In this document: positions 1 to 13,131 of the stretch, in pieces
How positions within the stretch are numbered: the first letter of the stretch is position 1
How the letters are laid out: every line of letters begins with the position of its first letter
DNA from: Glaucostegus cemiculus
Lineage: Eukaryota
Direction: 5' to 3'
Length of the DNA: 64,000 nt
NCBI GenBank assembly: GCA_976551045.1
Contig: CDPCPM010000435.1
Location: 992,001 to 1,056,000, forward strand
The notes under the pieces: generated by a model
Seen by the model: the letters and a program-made list of their open reading frames with translations, nothing else
The model's database searches: none
What the model was told of the DNA's origin: nothing
Translations under genes and position numbers: made by a program

Positions 1-291
1 ATAATTAGAAATGATAGATTCACATAGCACTGAAACAGTCCCTTGGGCCCACCTCAACCATCAACCCTTCATTTAGACTAATCCCACACTAATCCCATTC
101 TATCCTCCCTTCATCCCCCCCCACGTTCTACCACACACCTCCACACTAGCAGCAACTTACAATGGCCAATTAATGGACCAACCTGCACATCTGTGGGATA
201 GTTGTTCTGTGGAAAAGAGGGATCAAGGGGTCTTTGGAGCCAATGGCTATTTCCTGCCATTAGTCATTATTCTGGTCTTGGAAAATTCTTA

Positions 292-486
<195 letters not shown>

Positions 487-861
487 CTAACAACAGGAAA
501 ATTACGTCAGATCCAATGAAGCTTAAATTCCATCAAACGTGGCAGTTTATTTCAGTGCTGCCTGATTGAAAATTGAACTTTTCATGACCGTAATAACAAA
601 CTTTTGAGATCTTTTACACCACTCTGGAAATGTGACCGTGTTCTTTTTGACATGAGCTGCACTTGTACAAATGATGCAACTTCCACTTCAGCCACGCACC
701 AAACCACACCAGCTGCAGGTAGTTCTCCTCTTGGAGCACTGCTGGGAGAATTAGACCAGCTTAGTCCTGAGGAGTGAAGTCTTTGGTCACTACCAGAACA
801 AAGAGGTTTTACTAACACTAGTCTGGGCTAAGCTCCCAATGAGCTAAAGCCATAGATGCAC

Positions 862-1205
862 AGAGTATACAGCACAGACACACGCCCTTTGGCCTAACTC
901 GCCCGTGCTGACCAAGTTACCTAACTGAGCTCATCCCACTTGGTTCTAAGCTTTTCCTATCCACATAACTGTCCAAATGCCTTTTAACTGTTGTAACCGT
1001 ACCCACCTCTACCACTTTGTCTGGCAGCTTGTTCAATATACTCACCACCCTCTGTGTGAAAAAGTTGCCCCTCAAATCCATTTTAAATCTTTTCCTTCTC
1101 ACTTTAAACTTACACCCTTAGTTTTGGTATCCCCCCTATCCTGGGGAAAAGACTTTGGCTATTATAAGGTGAATAGTGCCTGTCACCTTATCTATGCCCC
1201 TAAAG
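862..1205 (-). mobile_element. CR1 LINE 3' fragment
   Basis: Translation RFKMDLRGNFFTQRVVSILNKLP...KRHLD resembles the CR1 ORF2 C-terminus; CR1 3' UTR follows. Confidence 0.85.
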
Positions 1206-2514
1206 GCCCATTTTTTTTTAACATATCTTTGTAGTTATAGCACTGACCCCCTCATCCACTGATCCTGCTCCCCCAGTCAATCTCACCACCCAACCTCCAG
1301 TGAACCCCGAATTCAACCTCCTGCTGGTTCCAACTGGGCCTCCAATGTTCATACCGACTCCACACACCCCGATCCCACGGACAGCTGTCGGGACCACAAT
1401 CACCAGGCTCCCTAACTTGATGTTCCAACCTTTAATGGATGGCTCTTTTACCTTTGTAGGCTCTCACATTACAATTGATTCGTCAACCTCTGAACTTAGC
1501 TTTGGTGGGCATGTTTGAAATGGTGGCTGGATACCGTACAACAATCTTTAAGTAGGGATTGAATAGTTTTTACGGTGATTCTATCAAAAATATTTCCACG
1601 GAAAAATCATTTTTCCTTATTGATGTGACTGAATAAACTGATCACTGTAATAACTGGGCAGATTTCCCAATCAATGCCTACAAATGTTGAACATACATTT
1701 TATATATTCCTGCCAATGCCATTTTGACTATTTGATGGATTAATAACGGTGCATTTTAATATGAACATATTAATGTTTATTTTCCAAAAGACACATCCCT
1801 TTAAATAATGAGCAGCTACTAAAATACGTGGGTCACTAATGAACAAATATTGGGCTTTGACATTTTTCAATGAGTGCTAATCTTGTTGAACTAACTAACC
1901 CAGTGATCCCCTGAATTATTCATATCATAATTTATAATCTATGGCATTCTATAACATTATTATTTCAATGAGGCCACTGTAAGGTAATGTTTAAGACATA
2001 CAAAGCAAATCATGGCTTTAGAGAAAGGGAGATACTTGTCAATTTTGGCAGGGTGCTGTGGATTAAAATTCTATTGTGCAATGTTAGAAATGAAGACATG
2101 AATAAGAGGTATGGGAACATTACAATCCCACCTCTTGAAAGAAGGATAGCGTATGTTATGACTATGTTGAAAAGCAAACACACCACTGCAGCCAAGCAGC
2201 TTACAATACACCTTCAATGCAGAAAGTGTTCACACAGGAGAGCTCGATGCCGAGGGCCTGTGAGGAAAGTTCATCTAAAGCTATGTCAAATACAGAGGTT
2301 TAAAGGAGTTCTTAAGGGGAAGCAGAAGGCACCAAGGGAGAGTCCTGGTAACAGGGCCAAGACAACAAAAGGCCCTTCTATTGATGATGGAGCACATGGA
2401 ACTAGTGTACATAGAAACTCTGACTGGGAAGGCAGAAGAAACCAGATAGAAGGAGGTTGCACATGGGGCCAGTAAACATGGGGAATTTATAATCAATAAG
2501 GGTTGCAAAGTTCA

Positions 2515-2880
<366 letters not shown>

Positions 2881-3154
2881 TTAACATTTGAAATCAGAAA
2901 GATTAGTAAAGAAAAACACATTCTATATGCCACCAGCTCTTTTTTTTAATAGTAATATCCATTTTTTATAGAAGAAAATTTGCTTGCAAATTGTCCATCC
3001 AGCAAAACAAGGGTGTAGTACAAGGAACAGTGTATTTTTCGTTCTAGGTTTCAGATGCCAGCATCAAGCATTCCATGTGTTAAAATCAAGCACACCTAAA
3101 TTACATCCAGCACGACCTATATGCAGACCTTTGTACAGTATATCCTAACCCAGA

Positions 3155-3915
3155 AGCACTACCAGGTCTGATCATCCCTGATCATACCAACATCCCCGAC
3201 CCTGGCACCTGGGAGGTAACACACCATCCGGGAGTCTCGTTCTTGTCCACCGAATCTCCTGTCTGTCCCGTTAACCAACGAATCCCCTATCACTAATGCA
3301 CTCCTCCCACCCCCCACTTCACCTCTGAGCCACTGAGCCAGACTCTGCACTGAGACCCATCTGCTGTGGCTCTCCACCGGTGACTCATCCCCTCCCCAAC
3401 AGCATCCAAAATGATATACTTGTTATCAAGGGAAATAGTCACTGGGGTATCCTGTACCGACTGCCTATTCCGTTTCCCTCCCCTCGCGGTTACCCAACTA
3501 CCTACATCTCGGACCCTGGGTGTAACTGCCTCCTGGTGACTCCTATCTATCATCTATCTCCTCAGCTTCCTGAACAATCTGAGCTCATCCAGCTCCAGCT
3601 CCCTAACACGGTCTAAGGAGCTTCACCCGGACACACTTCCTGCAGGTGAAGACGCCAGGGACACTGGAGGTCTCCCTAACATCCCACATCCTTCAGGAGG
3701 AGCATACTTCTGTCCTGACTACCATTCCCACTGTTCTATACAAAGGAAATTACAAATAATAGCGAAAGGAAGAGAACCTACTGGAAGCCTCCGCTCACCT
3801 ACTCCGCCTCTTCACGCTGAAGCCTCTTTAGCCAAAGCCTCAGCTCCCCACTCCCAACAACGGCTGCCCTGCTTGACCCTAACTTCTTTTTATTGGCTAA
3901 TCAGCTAATCAACAG
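3155..3915 (-). mobile_element. CR1 LINE 5' portion: 5' UTR plus decayed ORF1 (zinc finger, coiled coil, SGNH/GDSL esterase)
   Basis: MVVRTEVCSS*RMW...FTCRKC from the ATG at 3725; ALVIGDSLV...MVCYLPGARVGDV esterase block. Confidence 0.8.
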
Positions 3916-3984
3916 GCCTATCAACACCACAGCAGCAAGAACAACAACAACGGGCCTATCTTTTCAAACTGCTCCCTGCTCTCC

Positions 3985-4555
3985 ATAGAACAAATACAGC
4001 AGAATACAGGCCCTTTGGCCCTTTATACCTCGCTTAAGACTATCTAACCCCTTCCTCCCACATATCCCCCTATTTTAAGTTCCTCCATATGCTTATTTAA
4101 CAACCTCTTGAACTTGGTCAGTACCTCCACTACTATCCCAGGCAGTGCATTCCATGCACCAACCACTCTCTGGGTAAAAGACCCCTCTGATATCTCCCTT
4201 GAACTTCCCACCCATTACTTTAAAGCAAATGCCCTCTTGTGTTGAGCACTGGTGCCCTGGGAAAGTGGCACTGGCTGTCTTCTCTATCTATTCCTCTTAA
4301 TATTTTGTACACCTCTATCATGTCTCCCCTCATCCTCCTCCTCTCCAAAGAGTAAAGCCCTAGCTCCCTTAGTCTCTCCTCATAATCCATACTCTCCAAA
4401 CCAGGTAGCATCCTAGTAAATCTCCTCTGCACCCTCTCCAACGCTTCCACATCCTATAATGAGGCGACCAGAACTGGACACAGTGCTCCAAGTGTAGTCT
4501 GACCAGAGTTTTGTAGAGCTGCAACATTACCTCATGGCTCTTAAACTCGATCCCC
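3985..4555 (-). mobile_element. CR1 LINE 3' fragment
   Basis: EALERVQRRFTRMLPGLE...LERRRMRGDMIEVYKIL. Confidence 0.9.
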
Positions 4556-5354
4556 TGTCCTTAGTAATAATAAAAAGAACTCTTGCTCTTGCTTTTTTTA
4601 AAATTGGGTGGCTCTTCTCTCAGACACTTGTTTAAGCAGATCTGCATCAATTACAGAAGATGTCGGGCCATTCTGGAAATGGCCCTTCCCTAAATGACCA
4701 ACGGGTTTGTGGCTCATGGTTCACAATTGCATTCCAGGCTGTAATAGTGGGCTGTTCTGCTGAACTTTCTTAACCTTTGGATTGTTTTAACTACTCCAGC
4801 GTTTTGCTATTTATAATCTTCATTAAATTATGGAAGTTTATCTTTGTTCTCAGGATACCACCTTTCATTGCGTTAAGTCACATACGAGAGGTTCCAAGTC
4901 CTAACTGGCAGCAGAGCCAGCCAGTGAAGGAAGAGTGGTCTATTGATACTCCAACAGATGGAGCAATAGAGGACAAACTGGACCATGGAAAAAAGGTGAA
5001 GCTTTCAATATTAAATAAGCATTAAGTTTCTAGACTCCCAAGTGAAGAATGGTCCCTGCTGAGGGTCCTCATTGGGACTGTGAAACTGCACCCAGCTACG
5101 TTAATCTTTTGAGGGATGAGGAGGAAAAAATTGGCAAAACTAACACTAAGGCATTTGAAGACATTTTGGTTTCTGAGAGTCCTATATATGTCGGTGGCAG
5201 CAAAACCCAGGTGCCTGCAGGTGAATTAATCTGGGATTTGTAATTGAGAATCACAGATTTCAATAAATTCAATTCCTTTCTTGTTAGTGTCAAACTGATG
5301 TACAGTTTTGCAGAAAGTGCTTTCGGTCCACAAACCCATGAACACTAACTCGAT

Positions 5355-5478
5355 ATTTCCTTTTTTTTGCACTATTTATTTATTTGGTAATTTTTTTGTC
5401 TTTCAACTGTACTGCTGCCGCAAAACAACAAATCTCACGTCAAGTAAGTCAGTGATAATAAACCTGATTCTGATTCTG
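5355..5478 (+). mobile_element. Rex/Babar (L2-group) LINE 3' tail
   Basis: AATAAACCTGATTCTGATTCTG terminal microsatellite with the typical upstream tail sequence. Confidence 0.55.
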
Positions 5479-7295
5479 GCTGTCAGCTTTTAGCAACTGA
5501 GTGCCTTTTTGCTAAAGCATGCCAGAAAAATAGAAAATGGCACTAACTCCCACACCCCCAGATGTACCTCTGTGTCATCTTTGATTATTCAGCCAAATCA
5601 ATGTTTAGCTCTTGCTTGTATAATGAGCACATCGCCATGACTGCAATGCAGCAAGAAACAGGAGTAACCCAAACCTGAAGAAAATCAGTGCAGTAATGAG
5701 AACTGATACTGATTTCATTTTACTGACTATGCAATACTGCCTCACTACTGTTGGCTTCCTGGTACACATGCAAAGCCCTCAATAAAACAAAGTGTACATG
5801 AAGCGGTATCAATATTTGCAATGTTCTTGCAAAGAGGAAACAACAAACTGAAAACAGTTATATTTGTGCAAGGTAATATGATAGGAAGTGATTTTATTTC
5901 TCCTCTATAATGATAAGCTGGAACCAACCAATTGCCTTGTGATCAAGATTAATTATATTGGGAAATGCATTTAATGAGTACAACAGAGAGCTTACTCCAT
6001 TTGGTTTCCTTTTACAGAAATAAACCTGCCATTGGAGACTGCAAATGTGATTATATGTGACTTTTGATTAGACATGGAATACAGTGAATTCTGCATTGGG
6101 AAAATATCACACCATGAAATAAAATTGCCTCCAGGGTGTATTCATGTTTGGATCTATTCAGGAAGAGAGCACAGTATCTCTTCTATTATGCACTTATGTC
6201 AGTCGCTGACCGTGCATAAAACAAGACTGGCCTAGTAATTCCAGCACACTCAAACGGCATACCAGGTGGGTGTCGTATCAGGGCAGCTACAAAGTCCAAG
6301 TCTCTAGATGAGCTGCCCAGCAGTCTGATCTGAGGCCTGGTTCAGGAGGTCAGGGAAGGTGGTGTCCATTAGCCTATGATCAAGCCCGTGCACTGAAGGC
6401 CTGCACTGAGATGGTGATGATAGAGGATTTCAGAACCCTGTGGCTCAGGGTGTTGGATGTAGGGGGAAGGGGGAAAAGGTGCATGATGGGGTAGGTGGAA
6501 GAGGTTGGCGATTTAGACCTCCATTATGCGCCTTTGTAGATAGCAGGTTGGGTGATTGTGGCCTGGGATTGAGAGGTTTGGAGTGATATATGGATGCCTA
6601 GAGGTGGGGTTCAGATCAGAATAAATAAAACACAGTACAGGACTTATCTTATTAGGTCCCTATCTATCGCAGCAGTCAGAAGACATAGTTGCCTAAAATG
6701 GCCACTTCCAAGACAACAAGGTCCAAATTCCCTTGCGTATTCCCCTTGTTTGGAGCATTGCAGCACTTCCCTGCAATGCTCCAAACTTCATCCTGTATAC
6801 CGATTTAGGGTGCAATGGTCACTCAAGGCAGAAGAAGCTGGTTGAATTTCCTGAATTGTATGAAGTAACATGGAAATGGCTGTTATTCATTTGACTCCAG
6901 AAAAAATACAAATTTCAATCGTATAACATTGAAAAGAAAACAGCATTATGTAACTATATTTCCATTCACATCTCTTCTGCACATATATCACCATGAGAAA
7001 ATTCACAAGGCTTAAAACTCCCAGTTGTGTTTAAGTACACCATCCACTTTCATGGAGAGCAAATGGATCCCTGATCGATTCATAATATGCTATATTTAAT
7101 AGGCTATATTGAGCCTTGCTAATTTTTGATGAAGTTTGTGGGGAAATTGACCATGTCTTGATCCTGGTCCCGATTGCTGTGCAGTAGCCCGGATGATTGA
7201 TAAATATATGTGTCCATCAACATGGAACAAATTTGGTTCAGCTGTACTACCGCCCAAGCCTGGCGACACAGTTACTTGGAAGAGCCACCAGATGA

Positions 7296-8245
7296 CTGGA
7301 TTGGATGAGGAAGTAGACGGATGAGTTAGTAAGTTTGCAGGTGACACAACAGTTGGAGGTATTGTGGACAGTGTAGAAGGCTGTCGTAGGTTACAATGGG
7401 ATATAGACAGGATGCAGAGTTGGGCAGAGAAGTGGCAAATGGAGTTCAATCCAGAAAAGTATGAAGAGAAACACTTTGGAAGATCAAACTTGAAAGCAGA
7501 GTACAAGGTTAATGGCAGGATTCTTAGCAGTGTGCAGGAACAGAGAGATCTTGGGGTCCAAGTCCATAGATCCCTCAAAGTTGCCACGCAAGTTGATAAG
7601 GTGGTTAAGAAGGAATATGGTGTACTGGCCTTCATTAGTCAGGGGACTGAGTTCAAGAGCCGTAAGGTAATGTTGCAACTCTATAAAACTCTGGTTAGAC
7701 TACACTTTAAGAGTTCTGGTCACCTCATTATAGGAAGGATGTGGAAGCTTTAGAGAGAGTGCAGAGATTTACCAGGATGCTGCCTAGATTAGAGAACATG
7801 TCTTATGAGGAAAGGTTGAGCGAGCTAGGACTTTTCTCTTTGGAGTGACGCAGGATGAGAGGCGACTTGATAGAGGTGTATATGATTATGAGGGCCATTG
7901 ACAGAGTGGACAGCCAGCACCTTTTCCCCAGGGCAGCAATGGCCAATACCAGAGGACATCAGTTTAAGGTCAGAGGAGGGAAATTTAGTGGAGATGTCAG
8001 AGGTAGGGTTTTTTGCACAGAGAGTGGTGGGTGCCTGGAACGCACGGCCGGGGGTGGGGGTAGAGGCTGATACAATAAGGACATTTAAGAGACTCTTAGA
8101 TAGGCACATGGATGTAAGAGAAATGGAGGGTTATGGGCTGTGTAGGAGGGAAAGGTTAGATTGATCATGGAGTAGGTTTATACAGGCCAGCACAACATCG
8201 TGGGCCGAAGAGCCTGTACTGTGCTGTACTGTACTATGTTCTATG
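7296..8245 (+). mobile_element. CR1 LINE 3' fragment (~950 bp)
   Basis: LQWDIDRMQSWAEKWQMEFNPEK...RDLGVQVHRSLK; ends in a TACTATGTTCTATG tail. Confidence 0.92.
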
Positions 8246-8514
8246 ACTGATGCTATCTCTCAGCATGCATCTTAGCACCTTCAGGACAGATGAAGGTATG
8301 GAGATAGGGAGGGGTAATTGAGAAACAAAATCTAAAGACGAATGATTCTGCCAGCGTGCAGACAAGTCAAGCCAAACTCTGGAATTCTATGTGAAGCCAG
8401 ACTATGGCAGTAATGAAATAAAACAACAGTTTTCACTCTGACAGACTACCGTGAGGGATGGATAAATACAGCACATCATTATTCTCTTGTCCCCTTCCAA
8501 GTTTCTCCCAGATT

Positions 8515-8795
8515 CGAGGACAGCTTCCATCCCACTGTTATCAGACTCTTGAATGGACCTCTCAAATGCTAAAGATGAACCCTTGACCTCTGAATCTACC
8601 TCATTATAGCCTTGCACTTTATTTGTTTACCTGCACTGCACCTTCTCTCTAGCTGCAACAATACATTCTGTCATCTGTTTTCTTTTTACCACCTCAATAT
8701 ACTTATGTATGGCATGATCTGACTGGATGGCATGCAAACAAAAGCTTTTCATTGTACCTCGGTACATGTGACAATAAAACAACACCAATACCAAT
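8515..8795 (+). mobile_element. Rex/Babar LINE 3' end
   Basis: SFHPTVIRLLN-type ORF end, then a tail TGTACCTCGGTACATGTGACAATAAA shared with other copies in the window. Confidence 0.7.
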
Positions 8796-9484
8796 CTCCC
8801 ATGGATGTACCCTGAATTGCTGAATGATTTTAAAACTGTGATTGCAAAAATGGCTGTTTAACTGTGGAAAGAAACCCAACCGAGCTTAGTAACATTTCCT
8901 CCAATCACGCACATAAGTGCACTTTCTTGAGAGAGTCATTTGAAGAAGCCAAAGGGTTTGGCTATATTCCAAGTTTCGTATCAATGAGAAATAGTGTGAG
9001 ATTCCCTGGGTTAATTACAATAACCAACATGGGACCAACTTGAATTTAAAAAGTGCTAAGGCAGGCAAGTGGCCTTAGAGTGTTTTTAAATACACCTGTA
9101 GATGGTGATGGTGTATTTTCTGTCCTTCCTGATCACATTTCCATAAAAAGAACTGTAGCATTCAGAGCTTTCTGCTGGGCAGAAGATTTGCAGGAAATGT
9201 AACGCACCACTGGCTAACCAGAACTCACACTGCACTTCACAAGGGTAACTGCAATATAATTACTGCACTATTTATTTCCCTTGTCCCATTCTTGTTGCTA
9301 TGTAAATGAAGTGCCTTCTTGTTAGTCTAAAATTAATTTTATTTGGACAATTCAAAATGAGATCACTACCAAAGATTAATGGATGTTAACGATCAATCCC
9401 CTAATCTAAAATTAAACAACTGCCACTTAATATTACTATTATTTAGATATCACACATGAATTAAATACCATTATTTTCCACTCA

Positions 9485-9682
<198 letters not shown>

Positions 9683-10203
9683 TCATTTAAAAATTCAAGG
9701 TGTTAAATGTCACTAGTAAATGAATTGTGTCTTCAAAGTCTTTGATTCCAACAAGTCCCTCACCATCTCACACTCCAGGTGCTCCTCCTGGTACTATCCC
9801 CATTTTCCTAGGTCCAAAGGGAACTAACCACAGTGTTTAATGTATGGCCGGTCAAGTCATTCATCAGAAGTCCGATGACCACTTCTCAGCCTCATCCAAC
9901 AACTCCAATATTATCCTGGAGGCAAGGATGCAAAATTTTTTTTTTTATCTCTGATAAAGTGTCTTCTTCTAACCCCTTCCTCCTGCCTCCTACTGCAACA
10001 AAGTGCAAAAAGGAATAGTATTCTCCATTTCTAATACGGAGACTGCCTCTACCGTTACCTTTGCTCCCTTCTTGTTTAACCCTGTTCTTTCATTTAGTTG
10101 TGTTAACCCTGATCACCAATCCTCTTGCAGTTTCCCTCCTCGGCTTTGTCCAAGTTCTACTCTCATGTTACTCTGTGATTGTAAGACGGAAGCTCATACT
10201 CAC

Positions 10204-10375
10204 ATGAAGGGGGAGGAGGGAGACTATTCAGGTTGGGCTTTATGTCGGGAAGAAAGGGTGATTTGACGTCCTGGTTTGGTGACATGTATGGAGGAATATT
10301 GCTTCCTGGAGTCATTGGAGGTGTCGGGTTGCCTGATATAGGGGAACTGGGATAGCCAGGCATAGATCTTGACGG
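10204..10375 (-). CDS. ZMIZ2: ZMIZ coding exon (172 bp): [57 protein letters not shown]
   Basis: Acceptor TTCCAG|CCG, donor T|GTGAGT, phase 0 to 1; GNPTPPMTP motif. Confidence 0.96.
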
Positions 10376-11375
10376 CTGGAAAATAAAGTTTGTGGATTAT
10401 TTTCTGTTTAAGTACAAAGTCCAGGATAATATTCATGAGGCATAAACCCCATATCCCTCATCCAGAGCCCCAGCCAATTCGGTCCTCAGAAGTCTGCTGA
10501 CCAAATCAACCTTGCTCTTCTCAGCCTCATCCAACTCCTGTGTTATCCTAAAGAGAAGAATGGCCAAAGCTCCCTTTATCTCTGATGAAATGTTTTCTTC
10601 AAACATCATCTCTTTCGCCTCTACTCCAATAAAGTGCAAAAGGCTCAAGTTTCTCAGATTTCTCAGTAAAAACAAACATTATTTTTTTAAAAGGTAGTTT
10701 CTCTAAGGTCCCATTGCTGGCCGTGCTCTTACTGTATCTCCTACTGTATGTAAGTTCGGTCACTCTGCTGTCCAGTTATATAGTCGGCTAATGACCGGCA
10801 CGTCAGCAATTCAGTGCACCCTGCGGAGAACCCCAGTGGAGTCTGTGTTTGAAAATTGGAACCAGGTTGCTGACACAGTCACAGCCATCAGGCAAGACCT
10901 CGTCCTGGATTACTGATATACCCTCAGGTCCCAGCAGGACAAAACGAGGGCCTTTTTCAACCTATGTGACTAGCAGTTTTAAGACTGAAAAAATGTGTAG
11001 CTGGTTATTGATATAGATCCAATGCTTAATATATACAGTGCTCAAGGCTTGAGTGTAAAGAGTTTGATGATAGCTATTCACTTAGATGATTGTGTGTACA
11101 TGGAGTTGTACTAATGCAACGTATAATTCTGATTCATAAGGCATTCACTTTTAAGAGAATAAGTACAACTTTATTAATTTATTTCTTTTTACTGCAGAAA
11201 CTCCACCAATTACAATTCCTAGACATTATGAACTTCTAAATGATACAAAAATTTTCTGATTCAAGTGAAAATTTGATTCGTCTAAATTCTAAACTTTGAA
11301 TACCTTTTACAAAACTCATCTGTTTTTGTTATCCAATACTGAAAGTTAGAAGTAAAATACAAAATCTTTACATAC

Positions 11376-11456
11376 CCCATTGATATTGGCCTGGGTGTAG
11401 TTGGTGTAGTTACCACCCATGAAGCTGTTACTCTGCCCATTATATTTCTCAGATGG
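11376..11456 (-). CDS. ZMIZ2: ZMIZ coding exon (81 bp): PSEKYNGQSNSFMGGNYTNYTQANING
   Basis: Acceptor TTACAG|CCA, donor GGG|GTATGT; aligns with ZMIZ2 PTEQFNGQ and ZMIZ1 PEQFNGQNNTF. Confidence 0.9.
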
Positions 11457-12077
11457 CTGTAAAGATAAAAGGCCCAAGAGATGCTGCCATCAACAACTCT
11501 AAACATCCCAATACAACTTATCACCAAACAGTCCTCTCGGTCAACAATGTTGGTCAGTGGCAAGGGCTTAATTACCTACTTACCTGCTCAGGAAGTGAAA
11601 CTTCTAGTTCACTCAGGGTCTGAATTACTTGGGCAAATAACTACCCATCTCTAAAGCTGTGATGATTTTTTGAACCTTGCTCTCTTGCTCACCGTTACTG
11701 TCCAAAATTATGGAAAACAATAACTGGTAAGATGTTGCATATCACTTCTACAGCAGGAAGGGTGATATTCTGGCCCGATGTGGAGAAGGATTTTAGAAGG
11801 GTCTGATGACTGATGCCTGGTGAGCAACGCTTCAACTTTCCATGTGAGGAACTACTGTTTTTTCTGACCTTACATGGAAAAGGCTTACTACTTCAGACCT
11901 CTTACAACCCCAAATTCTCCTCCTGGGAAAGTTACACATGATCTTCAATCTGCCTATTTATAAAAGCTTTAAAATGTTTTACAGTCAATTCCTATAATGG
12001 TTAGTAATTCCTTTTAATTATTTAATTCAATGCTGCCAGTGGGTAGCCCTGCTTGAAGGGAGACCTATAGTTATTGT

Positions 12078-12430
12078 TAGATAAACAAAGGACTGCAGAT
12101 GCTGGAATCTAGATGAAAAAAACAAGATGCTGGAGGAACTCAGCAGGCCAGGCAGCATCCGTGGAGAAAAACAGTCAATGTTTCGGATCAGTACCCTACT
12201 TCAGGACTGAACATAGGAAAAGGGGAAGCCCAATTTATAGGGGGGAAAAGCAGAGCAGTGATAGGTGGTTGAAAGAGGGGAGGCGGTGTGGACACAGGGT
12301 AAATGCAGGTTAGAGATAGTGATAGGGAAGATGCGGGGGAAGGAGGGGAGAACATATCCACCGGGGCATGGCTCAAAGATATGGAGGCAGGCAGGATGAG
12401 GGGAGGGGGGAGAGGGGAGGGAAAAGAAAA
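12078..12430 (-). mobile_element. Penelope-like terminal repeat with degenerate hammerhead ribozyme motif
   Basis: Minus strand 12209-12172 reads CAGTC CTGAAGT AGGGTACTGATCC GAAAC ATT GACTG. The same repeat adjoins a GIY-YIG fragment at 21001. Confidence 0.7.
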
Positions 12431-12948
12431 ATAGGTGAGGATGTGGTTATTATTTTTCAAAACTAATTGTATGAAACAGTTTGAAACATTTTGATGTGAT
12501 GGGGTTGGACATGATTTTTTTTTGAAATTATAAACATTTGTAAAGAACTTGCACTTTAAAGCATTTGTTTGTGGAACTTGGGCATTGTTGGGAGAGACTA
12601 TATATTCCTAGTCACTCTGATAAAGGAGTGTTGGGTCTGAACTGTTGCTATCCATTTAGCAGTGGTCTTCCCACAGCATGCACTGGATAAGAAATTCTGG
12701 GATACTGGCTCTGCAACGTAGAAGGAACATTAATATACATCTCCTAGTTAGGATGGATATAATGAAGTGGCTGTGTTCTTATAACCTTGCTGCTGTTGGA
12801 GGTCAAAGGCTTTTCATATTCAGGTCATTAGAGCAAATGAATTCCTTTCATTGTAATTACCACTTTCATCTTGGTCAATGCAGCAGAAAATTAATGCACA
12901 TTTTAAATCTGATATTGCGAATTTTCATATTCAATGTGACTTTCTTAC

Positions 12949-13131
12949 CTTGTAATACTGCCCCATTGATCCTGGGGGAATGGGGTACTGTCCTGTGTTT
13001 TGCTGGCCTGGCATCCTATGTGCTGGATAGTTGGGAGATGGAATGGACCGCTGGGGGTTTGAAGGAGCATACTGGCTGGGCTGGCTAGGGTACTGGCTGC
13101 TGGGACCATACTGTTGACCTGGATAGCTTTG
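12949..13131 (-). CDS. ZMIZ2: ZMIZ coding exon (183 bp): [15 protein letters not shown]...PGSMGQYYK
   Basis: Read by hand. Acceptor TTTAAG|CAA (AAG type), donor AAG|GTAAGA, 61 codons, ends MGQYYK as in ZMIZ1. Confidence 0.92.

Noticed and set aside
1987-2475. 162-aa plus-strand ORF; also the 173-aa ORF at 29275-29796
   Set aside because: No recognisable domain or splice context, antisense within an intron; likely chance or decayed repeat.
11584-11650. Donor-like CAG|GTAAGT as an extra ZMIZ exon
   Set aside because: No ZMIZ homology, and the neighbouring exons already join in phase.
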